A DNA stretch of 64,000 nucleotides, taken from the NCBI GenBank assembly GCA_015680685.1, contig MNCI01000271.1, positions 93,626 through 157,625 of the forward strand, given 5' to 3'. Position numbers and translations under genes: made by a program. Within the stretch, counting starts at the first letter, position 1. Every line of letters starts with the position of its first letter. The notes under the pieces are model-generated. The model was not told the origin of the DNA, searched no databases, and saw only the letters and a list, made by a program, of their open reading frames with translations. Shown here one piece after another: positions 51,201-64,000 of the stretch. The DNA is from Gnetum montanum. Taxonomy: Eukaryota; Plantae; Gnetophyta.

Positions 51201-54200
51201 GTTGCTCCTCACTAGGCTGGTTTTGTCAAGGGTAGGTGCATTCAAGATCAGGTCCTCTTGCTTTAGGATGTGATGCATTCCATATAGAGAGCCCAATTCC
51301 CTAGTATGTGCATCAAACTTGATATTGTTAAGGCTTATGACACAGTCCACTGGGGTTGCTCTTTGAGACATTATGCTGATGAAGCGAATCAACCAAAAAT
51401 TCATTGAACTTTGCATTAATCTTTAGGCCATTGGGGCCTACTCATTTGACATCAATGGGAGGTTGTGGGCATTTTACTCCTCTTGAAGGGGCCTACATCA
51501 AGGTGACCCTCTTTCCCCTTACCTTTTCATTATAGCCATGGACACTTGAATCTTTATTGTAGGACTGAAGGGATTAGAACACTAAATATTGAAGGGTTTA
51601 ATTGCATCACTAAACATTATGTTGATGGCATGATTTTGATGACCCAGGTAGCTGTGCCACAAGTGCAAGCAATCAACAAGGCTCTCAACAAGATGGTGAA
51701 TGAAGTGGGCCTAGAGCTTAATTGGGGAAAGCTTGTGATACACTTCTTCCATATTGAGGGGATAGTTAAAAGTCAAGTTTGTTAGACCTTGGGGATTCTA
51801 TAGGGTACAATGCAAGACTCATATTTGGGACTGCCCATGTTTGCTTTGAACATGCGGCTGTCCTAGACTTAGTTGGTCCAAAACCTTCAATCGCAGGTCG
51901 GCCACTAGACTTCGTGTTTTCTGATTAGAAAAGGGAAGATTATTCTGGCCACCTCAGTTTTGTCTGCTATTGTTAGATATGTTGCATCCATTGCTGATCC
52001 TCCAAAGGGCATCATTAACAAAGTTGATCAAATTGTTCAAAACTTTATTTGGTCCAAAGGGAAAGGTGGTGAATGTATGCATCTGGTTTGTTGGAAGAAA
52101 GTGGCCAGATTGAGACCTGCGGGGTGTCTAGTGGTGTTGAGATTTGATGATGTCATCCTCATAGGGTACTAGGTGATTATGAATAGGTTCATGCAAAATG
52201 ATGGTTGTCAATCGTAGTGGGTGTGCATCCTCACTAACAAATACCAGCCTTGATGGCAAACCCCAGGGACTCCTGCATTTGGTGAAGCCTTTGCAATCAT
52301 GTGCAAAGGATTGTCCAACGGGGGTTGATGGGTGCAAAACCATGCGAGGTCATTAAATACATATATCTTACTGTGTCTAGTTGGTGGGCCACTTGGAAAG
52401 GGTAGTTTTTGGAAAAGATTAAATGCTTTCTTTGTCTCTTACTTCAAGGTGCACTGCTTGTTTTTGCCTTTCTGTGGGAGCAGGGACTACTAATTAATGC
52501 GAGTTGCCCCTTTGTAACATGACCATGGAAATTGTGTAGTACCTGCTCTACCTATGTCCTTTCATGTTTGCCATCTAGTGGGTTGCAGACATTCCTCTGC
52601 CGTTGCTGTTGCATAGTGATTCTTTGGTTGTGGCTCTACTGTAGTGTATCTAAAAAGCACAGAATGAGTAGGTGTTTTGGTCGGGGCCACCTAGATTTGT
52701 GGGGCAAATTGTGTTGCATGCTTGTTGCCTATGGAAAGAGGCCATTGTCGTGATGGGGTTCACTCCCACATTTGAGTTGGGTGCAGATGCCTTCCAAAAT
52801 AACCAGGAGGAGTTGTGAGACATGGTGGTGAGGGTGGGATGAGGCAACCTACTACCCCTATTGTTGGGGGAGTTGAACTTTGCAGATGCCAATTTTTACA
52901 AGCATTGGAGGGGTGACTCCACCACGTTCTACGGGGTTTGCATTAACCTCATGGAGGCTGCCATTGTTGGGTATCTGGGTTTGCATGCGATTGGGGAGGT
53001 GGTGTTGCTGATTGGGAAGGGCTGCAAGATGATTAGGGCTTCTTTCAAGATCTTGTGCCGAATATTGGTAGCGAATAGGTGTGAAAATCAGCATTGCGAC
53101 CGTTTGGTAGGAGGCAGTTGAGCTCGTGGAAATGTATTTCGTATAGTTTGGTCATATCTAGAAGCTTCAAGGGGCTCATGTTGCTTTTTTGTGATGCATG
53201 TAGTCGGGGTGCAAAATCTCCTAAAACTCTTCTTAGCTTTCCTCAAGTAGGAATGCAGAGGGAGGCACTCCAGCCTTATCTTGGCCCTTTGGAGGGCTAC
53301 ATAGCCATTGGTGTCACCTCTTGCTAGGCCATCTTCTTGTACAGTTGTGTATGTGTTGTAACAATTTGCATTGGAGGGGGCTTCATCTTCCTTGGTGCTG
53401 ATAGTGCGGGAAGTTGTGGCAGGGGTGGGGGATGGATTTGATTGGCAAGCGTCTACAATTGACCAGCCGCCAAGTTTTTTGGAATAGCTTTTGCAAGCAC
53501 AGGAACATATTCGTAGGGAGCTGCAAGCAAAGTACGAGGAGGATATCTCTAAGGTGATTGTTGGGGTGGAGACTAGAGTATGTAGGGAGGAGTAGGCTAG
53601 GTGGCAGGTGGAGCTCCTCAAGCAGGAATAGGAAGAATAGGCTAGGGCCACATAGGATGAATTGTGTGGGAAAGAAGTGGTAGAAGAGGAAAGACATCAA
53701 AAGATCTAAGAGAGGCAACTCTTAGGAACAACTTAGAAGAATAGCTGTGCAAATTAAGGAATACCTACTTAGGAAGGAGTGGGAATGTAAACAACATGAA
53801 GAAGATGAGGAAGAGTAGTGTGTCCAGGCTTTGCTTGAGGAGCAATAAATGCAGAGTAGCCAAGATGCTACACACAAGTCCAACACGCATTGGTGGCTTA
53901 GGATGGGAAGAACCCTTTGCGTTATTATGGGTATCAACCAAATGTTGCTTGGATTGCCTTGAGAAGATTCATTCGCATTATTGCTAGTAGGTTTCATTTT
54001 GACAAGGCTAGAACCTTGGCCCTTGAGGGGTAACCATGAAGAGAAGACCAATACAAAATTTTATAAGGCTTACCTCTTGGAAAATTTTGCTCGGTTTTGA
54101 TGGGGGTTTGGGGGGAGGGGTCTTTTCCTCCTAGGGGGTTTTGTTGTGTGGGGGATTTTCACCCCCTTTCCCATTGATTGTACATACTCTACTTTGACAT

Positions 54201-54245
54201 TAATACATCCCGATCTTTTCTAGAGAAAAAAAGAAAAAAGAAAAA
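48249..54245 (+). mobile_element. full-length L1-clade LINE E with J-domain remnant
   Basis: Degenerate TSD aaag..ac.aaaaatcat at ~48230-48248 and ~54246-54263; A-rich tail; ORF1 DUF4283-like region with CDICGKDNHTTKDC; ORF2 ATG at 49631 (MKILSWNC); RFHFDK at 53989-54006. Confidence 0.9.
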
Positions 54246-56766
54246 AAAGACACCAAAAATCATCAATATGTATAGTTTCTTTTTATTTTAAAATGAGTAC
54301 TCAATGGTCTCTTTGGCCTTCCTACTGTCACACACCAAGTCCCTCTTAACCCTACAACATCTTGTAGCACACACTAGAAAAACACTAGGGTTGGATAAAA
54401 TAGTGGGGGCTAGCACCATTAGGCACTTCCAAGAACTAAGCCCTTGTAGCCCACATAAGAGATCACCACCCTTGGATAGAATGATGGAGGCATTTTTAAA
54501 GAATGATCACAAAAACATGAAATACCAAGTGCACATGACCTAAGGAAAATGCCAATTCATAAGTCCAAAACATGCATGCCAAAAATCAGATCATATGAAA
54601 GATCTCATTCATGACTCAAAAACTCATGAGAAAACCCCACATGCCCTCATAAAATAATTCTCACCTGTCCAAGTCAATATAATATCAAACACCAATTAAA
54701 ATTTTTGTTCAACAATGGCTTGGAATACACACCTCTAGAGTTGAGTTTGGCCAATTTGAGGAGGGAGAAGACACCTCAAGCTTGGGTTGTTGTCCAGCTA
54801 GTAGCCTCAAGAAATCAACTTCAAACTACAAATCTAAGGTTATGATGAAATCCTCATAAATATAAGAAAAAAATTAGTCATTTGAATCAGCCAAACAGTC
54901 CCCAAAAGTTAGTCACAAAAGCCTCCAATATTATCAGGAAAATCAGCCTCCCAAGAGCCCACAAGACCACTCAAGATAGTCCTTGAGATGGTTGAGAACA
55001 AACTAGGAACAACCACTCTCATTTTGCTCTCCTCAACTTCCCACTCAAACTAACATAGTCTCATCTTCCTTCACAAAGGTGAAAGTGAGAGCCAACGCCT
55101 CTATTATAGGATGAAGGAGATTCTAAGGCTTGGACAACACTTGTACAGAAAAATTTATTCAATGGGCAAAGTCCAGACAACTGATTCTTCAAAAATTCTT
55201 TTTTATTCATGGCATCATTGCTACTTGACTTGGACAAACAAGCTCTTATGAGAAAGTTGACATATGAGAGTGACAACACTCAAGAGAGTCACATGGCCTG
55301 TATTAAATGAGTCATGTGCTCCTTTTCCAAAAGTTTAAATGGACAAAGACTTGTGCATAAAAATCTACTAGACAACCTATTCTCCAAAAATCTTTTTTTT
55401 TTTTAATTCATGGTGTCATTGCTACTTGACTTGGATAACAAGCCTTCATGAGGGAATGGACATGTGAGAGTGACAACACTCAAAAGAGTCACATGACCCC
55501 TATTAAATAAGTCCTTTGTCTCTTTTACAACCAGTAATATAAAGTGGACAATTAACATATTAAAAAATACATATAATCATAAGCATGTCACAAAACATAC
55601 ACATCACCATCCCACATTGGCTTTTCTTATGGCCTCACCTTTTTGTCTTGTTTTAAGTCACTTTCTACTTTATAAGGTATAAGGGTTTATAATTTATGTT
55701 TTTTTGTCCTTTTATTTGCTTTCTACTTTTTCTATAATTTATCTAGTAAAAATTATTGATACTAAATTTGTTGTAACGACCACAAACATTCAATAGCTAC
55801 TATGCTAGGAATTAATATTTTAATCAAATTAAGGAAAATATGGTCCCACTTAAGTACCTTTTTAATTGTTTTAGCATTAAGATCTCAAGATCTAGGACTC
55901 AAATTGAAAGGCTAATTGTAGATCTATACTCTAGGTATGAAATTGAGTTAGTCCACCAAATTTGAGTGCATTTCGATAACTTTGGATTTTGATGTATTAA
56001 ATATTTAATAAATTAAAAATTTTAAGTAAACATTAAAATAAACCATGGATGTACGTTACATTAATTTCTTAGTATTGTTCTAAAATAATGTTAAACTTTG
56101 CCATGCTCATTCATCAATAATATATATATATATAAAACTTGAAATAATAAATAATTAAAAAGAAATTAGAATTAAGTCATAGTTTTGCTTATGTCACCCA
56201 AACAAAAGTTTTCATATTACTTAGAAGTGTTAGGGACATATACAAATATGTATATAAGTTTTAAAACAACTTAAAGTCTGAAGTATTTAATAGAGTACGC
56301 CGGTGACATGTACAAATATGGGGCGCTACACATAGTACATCTGTAGCCTAGATGTAGAAGTGTCATTATTCTTGTAAATAATAAAGCTAATAATAAGTTG
56401 ATATTAGGTTATCCCATAGTTTTCCAACAAAAGCAGCCTGTCAACATGTTCTTTTCTTCTGTGAAAATGTTATTGTATTCAAAGGTGCAATCTAATAGGA
56501 GTGATTTTAAAAATTGGAAGTTGAGTTCTATTGTTTGGATGATCATGCATTACATGATTGACCATTATCTTTGTTTGAGTTCTAAGATTCCATGAAATTT
56601 TTTGTTGTTCCCAAAATTTTATTATTGATAAAGTTGTTTTCTATCTATTTTGAAAATGCGGGATGTAGTGTTACGCTTACTCTGGAAGTTTTTCTTTTTA
56701 ATTTGTTATTAGTCTTATGCTCTGTTATCAAAAATCTTAATTGAATTTCTGTATTTCGTGTTGAAG

Positions 56767-56836
56767 GTTGAAATTTTATCAGGTAGACCGCACCAGATAA
56801 GAATTCATATGGCATACATAGGGCATCCTCTTATAG
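56767..56836 (+). CDS. PUS5: RNA pseudouridine synthase 5-like, exon G (motif III)
   Basis: gaag acceptor, gtaagt donor; VEILSGRPHQIRIHMAYIGHPLI(G) is the RluA GR.HQIR.H...GHP motif; the expected GDPLY exon was not found in the window. Confidence 0.95.
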
Positions 56837-57339
56837 GTAAGTTAATTTCACATAATGCATCATAATGCAATAAAATATAATGTTTTGGTTCATTTTGATC
56901 ATTAGCATAATCTCCCCCAAATACGACTGCACAAAACTGTTAATCCTTGACACATTACAATGGAATGTGGTAATAAAACACTATTGCAGATGTTATGCAC
57001 AATTAGACAATCTCCCCCATTATGGACGTGGCATATCAGGGGATAGATGCCCTTAGTCATAAACAAAAAAATTGTAAGCTGAATCCTCACTAATCACTAA
57101 ACCTCTCCTGCAGCTTCTAGCATGAATAGTGGAGGCAGTTCCTCATTGTGCTATTTTACGACTTGCATGCAGTCCAGTTCCTTTGAACTCTTTTATAAGC
57201 TTGAACAATTAAGAGTAACTGTTAAATTCTTCCATAGTTTTTGTTCAGGTGGAGGGTTCTAGAGAGTCTTTTGTAGCTAGAATAGATACATCATAGCAAG
57301 GGCTAAGCCTCTATTGTTAGCAAGGTCAGGTTATATTAT

Positions 57340-58085
57340 TTGTTGGAAATAAAATACAGATATAGAGAAATGAGACAAACCAAGGAGGCCTAGGGATTAA
57401 CATGCATCAAGATAGTTCTAAAACAAAGACACAAAGCCTAAGGACAAAATGGCTACTATGACAACCATGCCCACAATACAGGAGAGCCTGCTTCCAAGGT
57501 GGAATATTTAGGAATCACATATGCTGGTAAAAGGACATCAAGCAGTACAAAGGACATGGCTAGGGCTGACTATTCCTAGGAGTAGCAATGATGGAAGTGG
57601 TCATCATGGAGAAAGCTGACATAGGCCATTTCTTTCTTGCTGTCTAGGACCTCATAGATTGATAGCATGTATTGAAAGGTTGCAGCCCCTTCATCCATTT
57701 TATCCATATGGCAGAGAAGGGAATTTTTTATGAAACGCCATCCTAATTTGGTGCCTTGTTGCATGCTTGGTGACCCCTAGCACTTGAAAAGAGCATATCT
57801 GGGTGTTAAGGAGGTGATTGCATGTGTCCCTCTTCATTTGGTGCATGTGCAGCCCATGTTTAAGAGTTGCAAGTTCTTCCAATTTCTTTGGAGCCCTTTG
57901 TTGGTTTGACTCACTCTTTGCATCAGGCTTGTAGTATGCTTATGGCTGTTCCTATTGTTGCTTTTCTGGTTTAGGTTCAACTTGCTTGGGAGCAAATCCT
58001 CACCTTGGTCTTCAAATGCTCTTTTATTGTAGCAAAAGCCAAAAGGGAGACTAAAATGATACATGCTTGTCTTCCCAAGAGGAAA
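57340..58085 (-). mobile_element. divergent LINE-like 3' fragment F encoding a near-canonical J-domain
   Basis: CSFQVLGVTKHATRHQIRMAFHKK-SLLCHMDKMDEGAATFQYMLSIYEVLDS (one frameshift), followed by a G/T-rich UTR-like tail. Confidence 0.6.
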
Positions 58086-61000
58086 CAACACACATGCCAT
58101 AGCCTAAGTTATGTGGCAATACTGGTTTGGAATATGGACTGGAGGAGATACCCTACCTAGCTCCATTCAGATCTAAAGGGTCATCTAGGATCAAGACAAT
58201 GAAATATTAATAGCTCCCATTACCAAACGAGAGCCTTTAGAAATCATGAGATCTCTAAAGACAGATAGGGCCTCGGGACTAGATCGTTGGCCAGTATAGT
58301 TCTTTAGAGAATTTTATGAGCTTCTAGGGAACAATATTGTAGACACCTTCAATCTCATGCTTCAATGAGGACAGGTCAAGCACAAAATTAATTGCTCAAG
58401 AATTGTGCTCATATAAAAAATCCCTCATCTTACTGAGCTAGGCCACTTTAGACTGATAGGATTATGCAATACATTGCTCAAACTATTCACAAAGATCCTA
58501 GTCATGAAGCTACAACCGTTGATGCCTTCCCTAGTGGGCATCCAACAAGTTGGATTTGTCAAGGGGAGGTATATTTAGGATCAGATATTGTTGCTATAGG
58601 AGATCATACACTCTATATAGAAACCCAAATTCTCAAGTATGTGCATTAAACTGAACATAGCTAAGGCATATGATATGTTATATTGGGGCTTCCTCAAGGA
58701 CATTATGCTATGAAAAGGGCTTCACCCAAGGTTCATAGACTTATGAATAAACCTTTCGGCTATTGGGACATACTCTTTTGACATTAATGGATGGTTGTGG
58801 GGGTTTTCCTCCTTGCATAGGGGACTACACCAAGGGTCATCCCTCACTATACCTATTTATCATAGCCATGAACACTATGAACTCATACTGCAAGCTAGAA
58901 GGAGTTTGTGGATTGATCATTGAGGGGATTACTTGCATTATTGAATTCTATGCAGATGATACGATATTGGTCACTAGGGTGGTAGTGCCATAGGCAAAGG
59001 TCGTGGCCAGAGCCCTCCAAAGAATGTCCCAAGAGATTGATCTTACTATTAATTGGGACAAATTTTTAGCACACTTTTGTATAGACGTGATAGTTAAAGG
59101 AAAAATATACCGTATGATGGGAATTCTACAGGGGTCTCTTCGAGACTTGTACTTGGGGATGTTCATGTTTGCATGGAATCAAAAGGTGCCATGGATTCAT
59201 CGAATCCAAAATATTCAAACTTGGGTGCAACACCGAACCTCTCACTTCCTCACAAGGAAAGGGTAGATGTTACTGGGATCTTTGGTTCTTTCTACCATGG
59301 GCATATTTATTGTTTTGGTAGCGGTACCCTCCCAAGGGGTTATCACCGAAGTGGACCAAATCATCTGAAACTTCATATGGTTGAAGTAAATATTACCCAT
59401 GCAATGCAGCTACACAAGACTCCCACCTGTGGTGAAATCTCTACTTGTATGCTCAAAAGTTGATATAGATGCGGGTTCTAGGGGTGCCATCGCAAGAAAC
59501 AATGAAATATAAATATCTTGTGGCCTAGGGGTGGAATAGTGTTTTAAAGGGCTGCCTACTCGAGAAAATTAAGTGTTTCATATGGCTCATAATTCAAAGA
59601 GGGCTTCGGGTTCCAACCTTGCTCTGGGAATGCAATCTCCCAATAAATGATAATTGCCCCCTTTGACACGATGCCATAGAAACTAGACAACATGACATCT
59701 ACTTTTGCCTGTTTTCTAAAGTGGTCTAGATAGCTTTGGACATCACACCTACATAGTAGCTGTGTGGTGACTCTTCGGCTAGCACAACGCTTTGGGCCCT
59801 CTGGCAAGCAAGGAATGACTTGATATTGCATGCCTTTCCACTTTCATTGTTGAAACAAATTGCTCTACATGCCCATAAGCTTGGAAGGAAGCTATGATGG
59901 CAATGGAGGTTACCCCAACTTTCAAGCCTGATTGTGAGAGCTTCAGGTGTAACTAGGCACTATGGAGCACGGTGGTGTGGATGGGGTGGGGCGAATACCT
60001 CTACCTTCTCAACAGTGACCTTGACCTCTTCGATGCACTGTTCTATACATGATGGAGGGGAGACTCTACTACCTTCCACAATATATGTATTCAACTTACT
60101 AAAATGACCATCGCGGAGTATTTGAGCTTGCTAGCCACAAGGGAGATTGTGTTGCCCACGGAGTAGGGGCTCCAAGACTCTAAAGGTTTCTTTGTTGGGC
60201 TAGTCCCAAAAACAGGAGTGGCCAAGTTTCCAAATTGGCTCTCTCTCTGTTGTGGTAGAAGGTGGCGGAGCTTGTTGAATGATATTTTGTTTTGTTAGGT
60301 AATGTGTGGAAGTTGCAGGGCACACACTTTGATTTCCTTCACTGCATGCAGCTAGGGTGACTAGCGAACTTACCAAAATTCTTCTTGTGTCCTTTTTTTG
60401 GGTAGCACAACCACTCTAGGGAAGAAGGGAATGCCACTCTAGCCAGATTCTATCTTTGTATTAGGTAGCACAAACACTAGAGTTGTTGCTAGTGAAACCC
60501 TCCTCTTATAGTGTGGTCTATGAATGATGGGGACTGACATAGGATGGAGAGTCCTCGGGCTTAGCACAAGTGGTTGTGGAGGTGTTTTGGGGGTGTTGGA
60601 GGAGGGGGTGTGGAGAACCCACTAGGACTAGGGAGAGCTTTGGTTGGTAGGCCTCAACTACTATCTACTAGCTGAGCTTCAGGGAACAACTCTAGATGGC
60701 CAAGGATCAAATCCATTGGGAGCTGCAATGTAAGTTTGAGGTTGACCTTTGTAGGGTCATTGCTGAGGTTGAGGCCAAGGTGAAAGTGGAGAAACAAGCA
60801 TGGTGACATGAACATGAGGCCACATCTAGGTGGCAACAAGAAGAGCTGCAACTCAATGAAGCTGCGGAGGAGGAACGATGCTAGATGAAGTTAAAGGATG
60901 TCACCTTTAGAAGTGCAATGGAGGACTAGCTTTGGGAGAAAATCAGTGAAGACCTATGCCAAGCGGAACAGGAGTAGCTCAGAAGAGAGGAGGAGGAGGA

Positions 61001-61712
61001 GGAGTAGCAGTAGACCAAGGTGTTCTTGGAGAAGCAATAGATGAAGATAAATTAGGATACAACACAAGAGTCTAACACTTCATGGGAAAGTACCCATACA
61101 TGGTCATCAAGATCAATTACAATGCTTTATGGGCTAGGTTGTGGAGGTTTATTCAGATTGCATTTAGGAGGCTCTAGCTAGACAAGGCCACAAACCTGGA
61201 GGAATCGCTAGAAAGCAACGGGAGGAGCAATGCAAAGAATTTTAGGAGGTTGTGACATTCGTTGCATCAGACCATTACAAGGCCATCTTGGACGTGGCCC
61301 ACTTATAGGAAAGGCCATGGTGTCCTTGCACTAGACTTCCTAGACCCATTTGATGGTGAAGTTCACAAGAACTAAGAGGGGCTGTCCATTGTGGGCCATG
61401 AATTTCTTGGGTTTTGGATTTGAAAGTAGCATTTCTGAGAATCTGGGAATTGGGCAATTTTGTATTTTCCCTTGTTGCGGGACTTTGAGATATGTCTCTC
61501 TGTTGTCCAATTTTTGCTTTTACATCTTGCCTCCCTTTTGGGGGTGTTTCGCCCCACTTGGGGGGTGTTCATAGCCTGAGGAGTTTTACCCCCAAATTAG
61601 GGATTATCTCCCCTAGTGTGGCCACTTTCAAGGCGTTCATACCCCCTCATCTTTGTATATGTTTTTAAATTTTAAAGATATATACCTAACCTTTCAGTAA
61701 TGTTTTTTAAAA
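58086..61712 (+). mobile_element. 5'-truncated L1-clade LINE G (RT, zf-RVT, accessory module, J-domain remnant)
   Basis: GLDRWP, FYADDTIL, KIKCFIW, EVTPTFKPDC, KLQGTHFDFLHC; KYPYMVIKIN...RL*LDK...DHYKAILD at ~61085-61290. Confidence 0.88.
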
Positions 61713-61822
61713 ACCATGAAACCAACAAACTCCAACATAAACTTTTGACTTCTAACCACCTGGGAACATGATATTAATTTCAAACTTAAAAACTAAAGAC
61801 TAAATGTAGGAACATGTTTTTT

Positions 61823-64000
61823 TGTAGTTATTTAGAAAAGTAGAGAAATTGAATTTTTATTCCCTGATGAATCGAGTGTTGCAATGATCCCATTTTATAC
61901 ATGAATATGGACACTAGTTTTAGAAGGAATAATCAGAAATCCTTATTATGGGAAAAACAAATCACCATAAAATCAAGAACCATAATATTAGGAAATTTGT
62001 CTAATCTAAAAAGCTGGAATTGGAATATGACAACAAATCCCATTAAATTAGGAAACTACCAATAAGAATTATAGCTGTAAACAACCCTTAAAAATTGATC
62101 CAGATTTCCACACTCCCCCTCAAGCTGGGTTGCAGATGTTGAGAAGGCCAAGCTTGGATCGAGGTTCTCCCAAGGTAGTTCTGGGAAGAGCCTTGGTTAG
62201 GATGTCAATTGTTTGATTTGTGGTAGGAACATAATCAATTGAGATCATCCCCTCTTCTATCTTTTCTTTGATGAAGTGCCTGTCTATCTCCACATGTTTT
62301 GTTCAATCATGATGTATTGGGTCCTTGGCTATGCTAATAGTTGCTTGATTCTCGCAAAAAAATCTGATGGAATTTGTAATTTGGATTTTGAGCTAATGCA
62401 ATAGTCTCTTTAGCCATATTCCTTCACATATCCCTTGTGCCATAGCTCTGAATTCTGCCTTAGCATTGTTACGAGCTACTACAGGTTGTTTATTGCTCCT
62501 CTAGGTGATGAGATTTCCAAAGACAAAGGTATAGTATCTTGATGTTGATCTTCTATTTGTCTTGGAGCTTGCCCAGTTAGCATCTGTAAATATCTTGATA
62601 TCTTTGGTTGGTGTCTACTTGAAGTAGAGACCTTCACTAGGGCCACCTTTTAGATACCTTAGAATTTGGAACACTTTGCTCATGTGTTCTTTAGTTGGGA
62701 TGTTCATGAATTGACTAACAACATTAACTGAGAAAGCAATACCAGGTTTGGTATGAGAAAGATCAAGAAGTTTCCCAACAAGCCTATGAAACCTCCCCTT
62801 GTCCACTGATGGACTTTTTTCATCTGAATTTGACTTCTTGTCTACTGGAATGTCAGTCGACTTACACTGAAGCATTCCAGTTTCCTTGAGTAAGTCTAGA
62901 ACATATTTACGTTGTGAGACTGAAATGCCCATTTTTGATCTTCCTATTTGCTTTTTAAGGAAATATTTGAGATTTCCCATGTCCTTTATCTCAAATTCTT
63001 TAGCAAGGAAGTTCTTTAGGGTGGCTATTTCTCTTTCATCATTCCCAGTCATGATGATATCATCAACATAAACAATAACGATGGATGTTCTACCTTTAGA
63101 AGAGTGCTTGACAAACATAGTATGATCCATTTGGCATTGTGAATAGCCGTGTCTCTTTATAGTCTTTTCAAATCGATCAAACCATGCATGTGGAGATTGT
63201 TTAAGACCATAAAGAGATTTCTTCAGTTTGCATACTTTGTTGACATTTTCTACAAACTTTATACCTGGTGGAATGTCCATGTAAACTTCCTCTTCAAGAT
63301 CTCCATTCAAGAATGCATTTTTAATGTCCAATTTGTGTAGAGGGCAATTAAGATTAGTTGCAAGGGACAAAAGGACTCAGATGGTATTTAAGTTGGCAAC
63401 TGGTGTGAAAGTTTCCTAGTAATCAATTCCATTAGATTGTGTAAAGCCCTTGGCCACAAAGTGAGCTTTCTATCTTTCAATACTTCCATTTGCCTTGTAT
63501 TTAATAGTGAAGATCCATTTACATTTGACAATATTTTTCCCTTCTGGTAGCTCGACTAAATCCCATGTTCCATTCTTAATTAGAGCATTGATTTCATCAT
63601 CCACCGCTGATTTCCACTCTGGTCTTTGAAGAGCCTCTTGAATATTACTGGGAATTTGAATATTTGTAAGGATCATAGCAAATGCATGATATCCAGGTGA
63701 CAAATTATTGTAGGAAACAAGGTTCTGTATTGGGTGTTTTGTACATGACCTTACCCCTTTCCTTGATGCATTTGGTAAATCCAAAAATTCATCAGAATCA
63801 GGAATTGAATTAGTTACCTGGATGTCGGTCATTCTAGATTGAATCCGGCATATTTTCATGAACAATGCTCAGGTAGAATTATTCTTTCATATTCTTTTGA
63901 GTTGGTTTCCTTCTTGAGTACACAATGAGCTCTTTGTTTACAGTCTCATGAGGACTTGGTAGTGGACTGAGATTTGGGCTCAGGCTTGATTGAGTGTCTC
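61823..64000 (-). mobile_element. Ty1/copia retrotransposon 3' part (RT, RNase H, PPT, 3' LTR); runs off the window
   Basis: CKWIFTIKYK, SLYGLKQSP, YVDDII, RNase H DAN...KHVEIDRHFI; PPT agggggag at 62113-62120; LTR starts at 62110, far end approximate. Confidence 0.92.

Larger units (their letters stand above)
41990..56330 (-). mobile_element. large gypsy-type LTR, copy 2, split by LINEs H and E
   Basis: Starts TGTAGCGCCCC on - strand at 56330; pieces 56330-54246, 48248-48024 and 42143-41990 are collinear with 27567-29860; internal ~200-bp duplication at ~55140-55520. Confidence 0.85.

Noticed and set aside
56905-57030. Repeated ATCTCCCCC resembling sirevirus multiple PPTs
   Set aside because: Only two copies, with no supporting LTR or coding sequence
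56837-64000. Next PUS5 exon (expected GDPLY...)
   Set aside because: No matching AG-flanked sequence found; it probably lies beyond the window

Overview
Eukaryotic land-plant genomic DNA (AT-rich, CpG-depleted, repeat-dense; not prokaryotic). The whole window lies inside one host gene on the + strand, an RluA-family RNA pseudouridine synthase (plant 'RNA pseudouridine synthase 5' type). Seven GT-AG exons (668 coding nt, phases consistent) span 1095-56836 with introns of up to 16 kb; the gene continues beyond both window ends. The introns hold nested transposons: two Ty1/copia elements (one with paired LTRs, PBS and ATTTT TSD), large gypsy-type solo LTRs, RTE-clade LINE 3' fragments, SINE-like remnants and about ten copies or fragments of an L1-clade LINE lineage. 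Main finding: manual translation shows that ORF2 of these LINEs (APE endonuclease, RT, zf-RVT) continues for ~480 aa where plant L1s often have RNase H. This extension comprises a 'plant transposon protein'-like domain, a coiled coil and a C-terminal DnaJ/Hsp40-like J-domain. The J-domain is recognisable in seven diverged copies and absent from one sister element. All copies are decayed and none keeps a perfect HPD motif. Domain calls are by-eye motif recognition and need HMM or structure confirmation.
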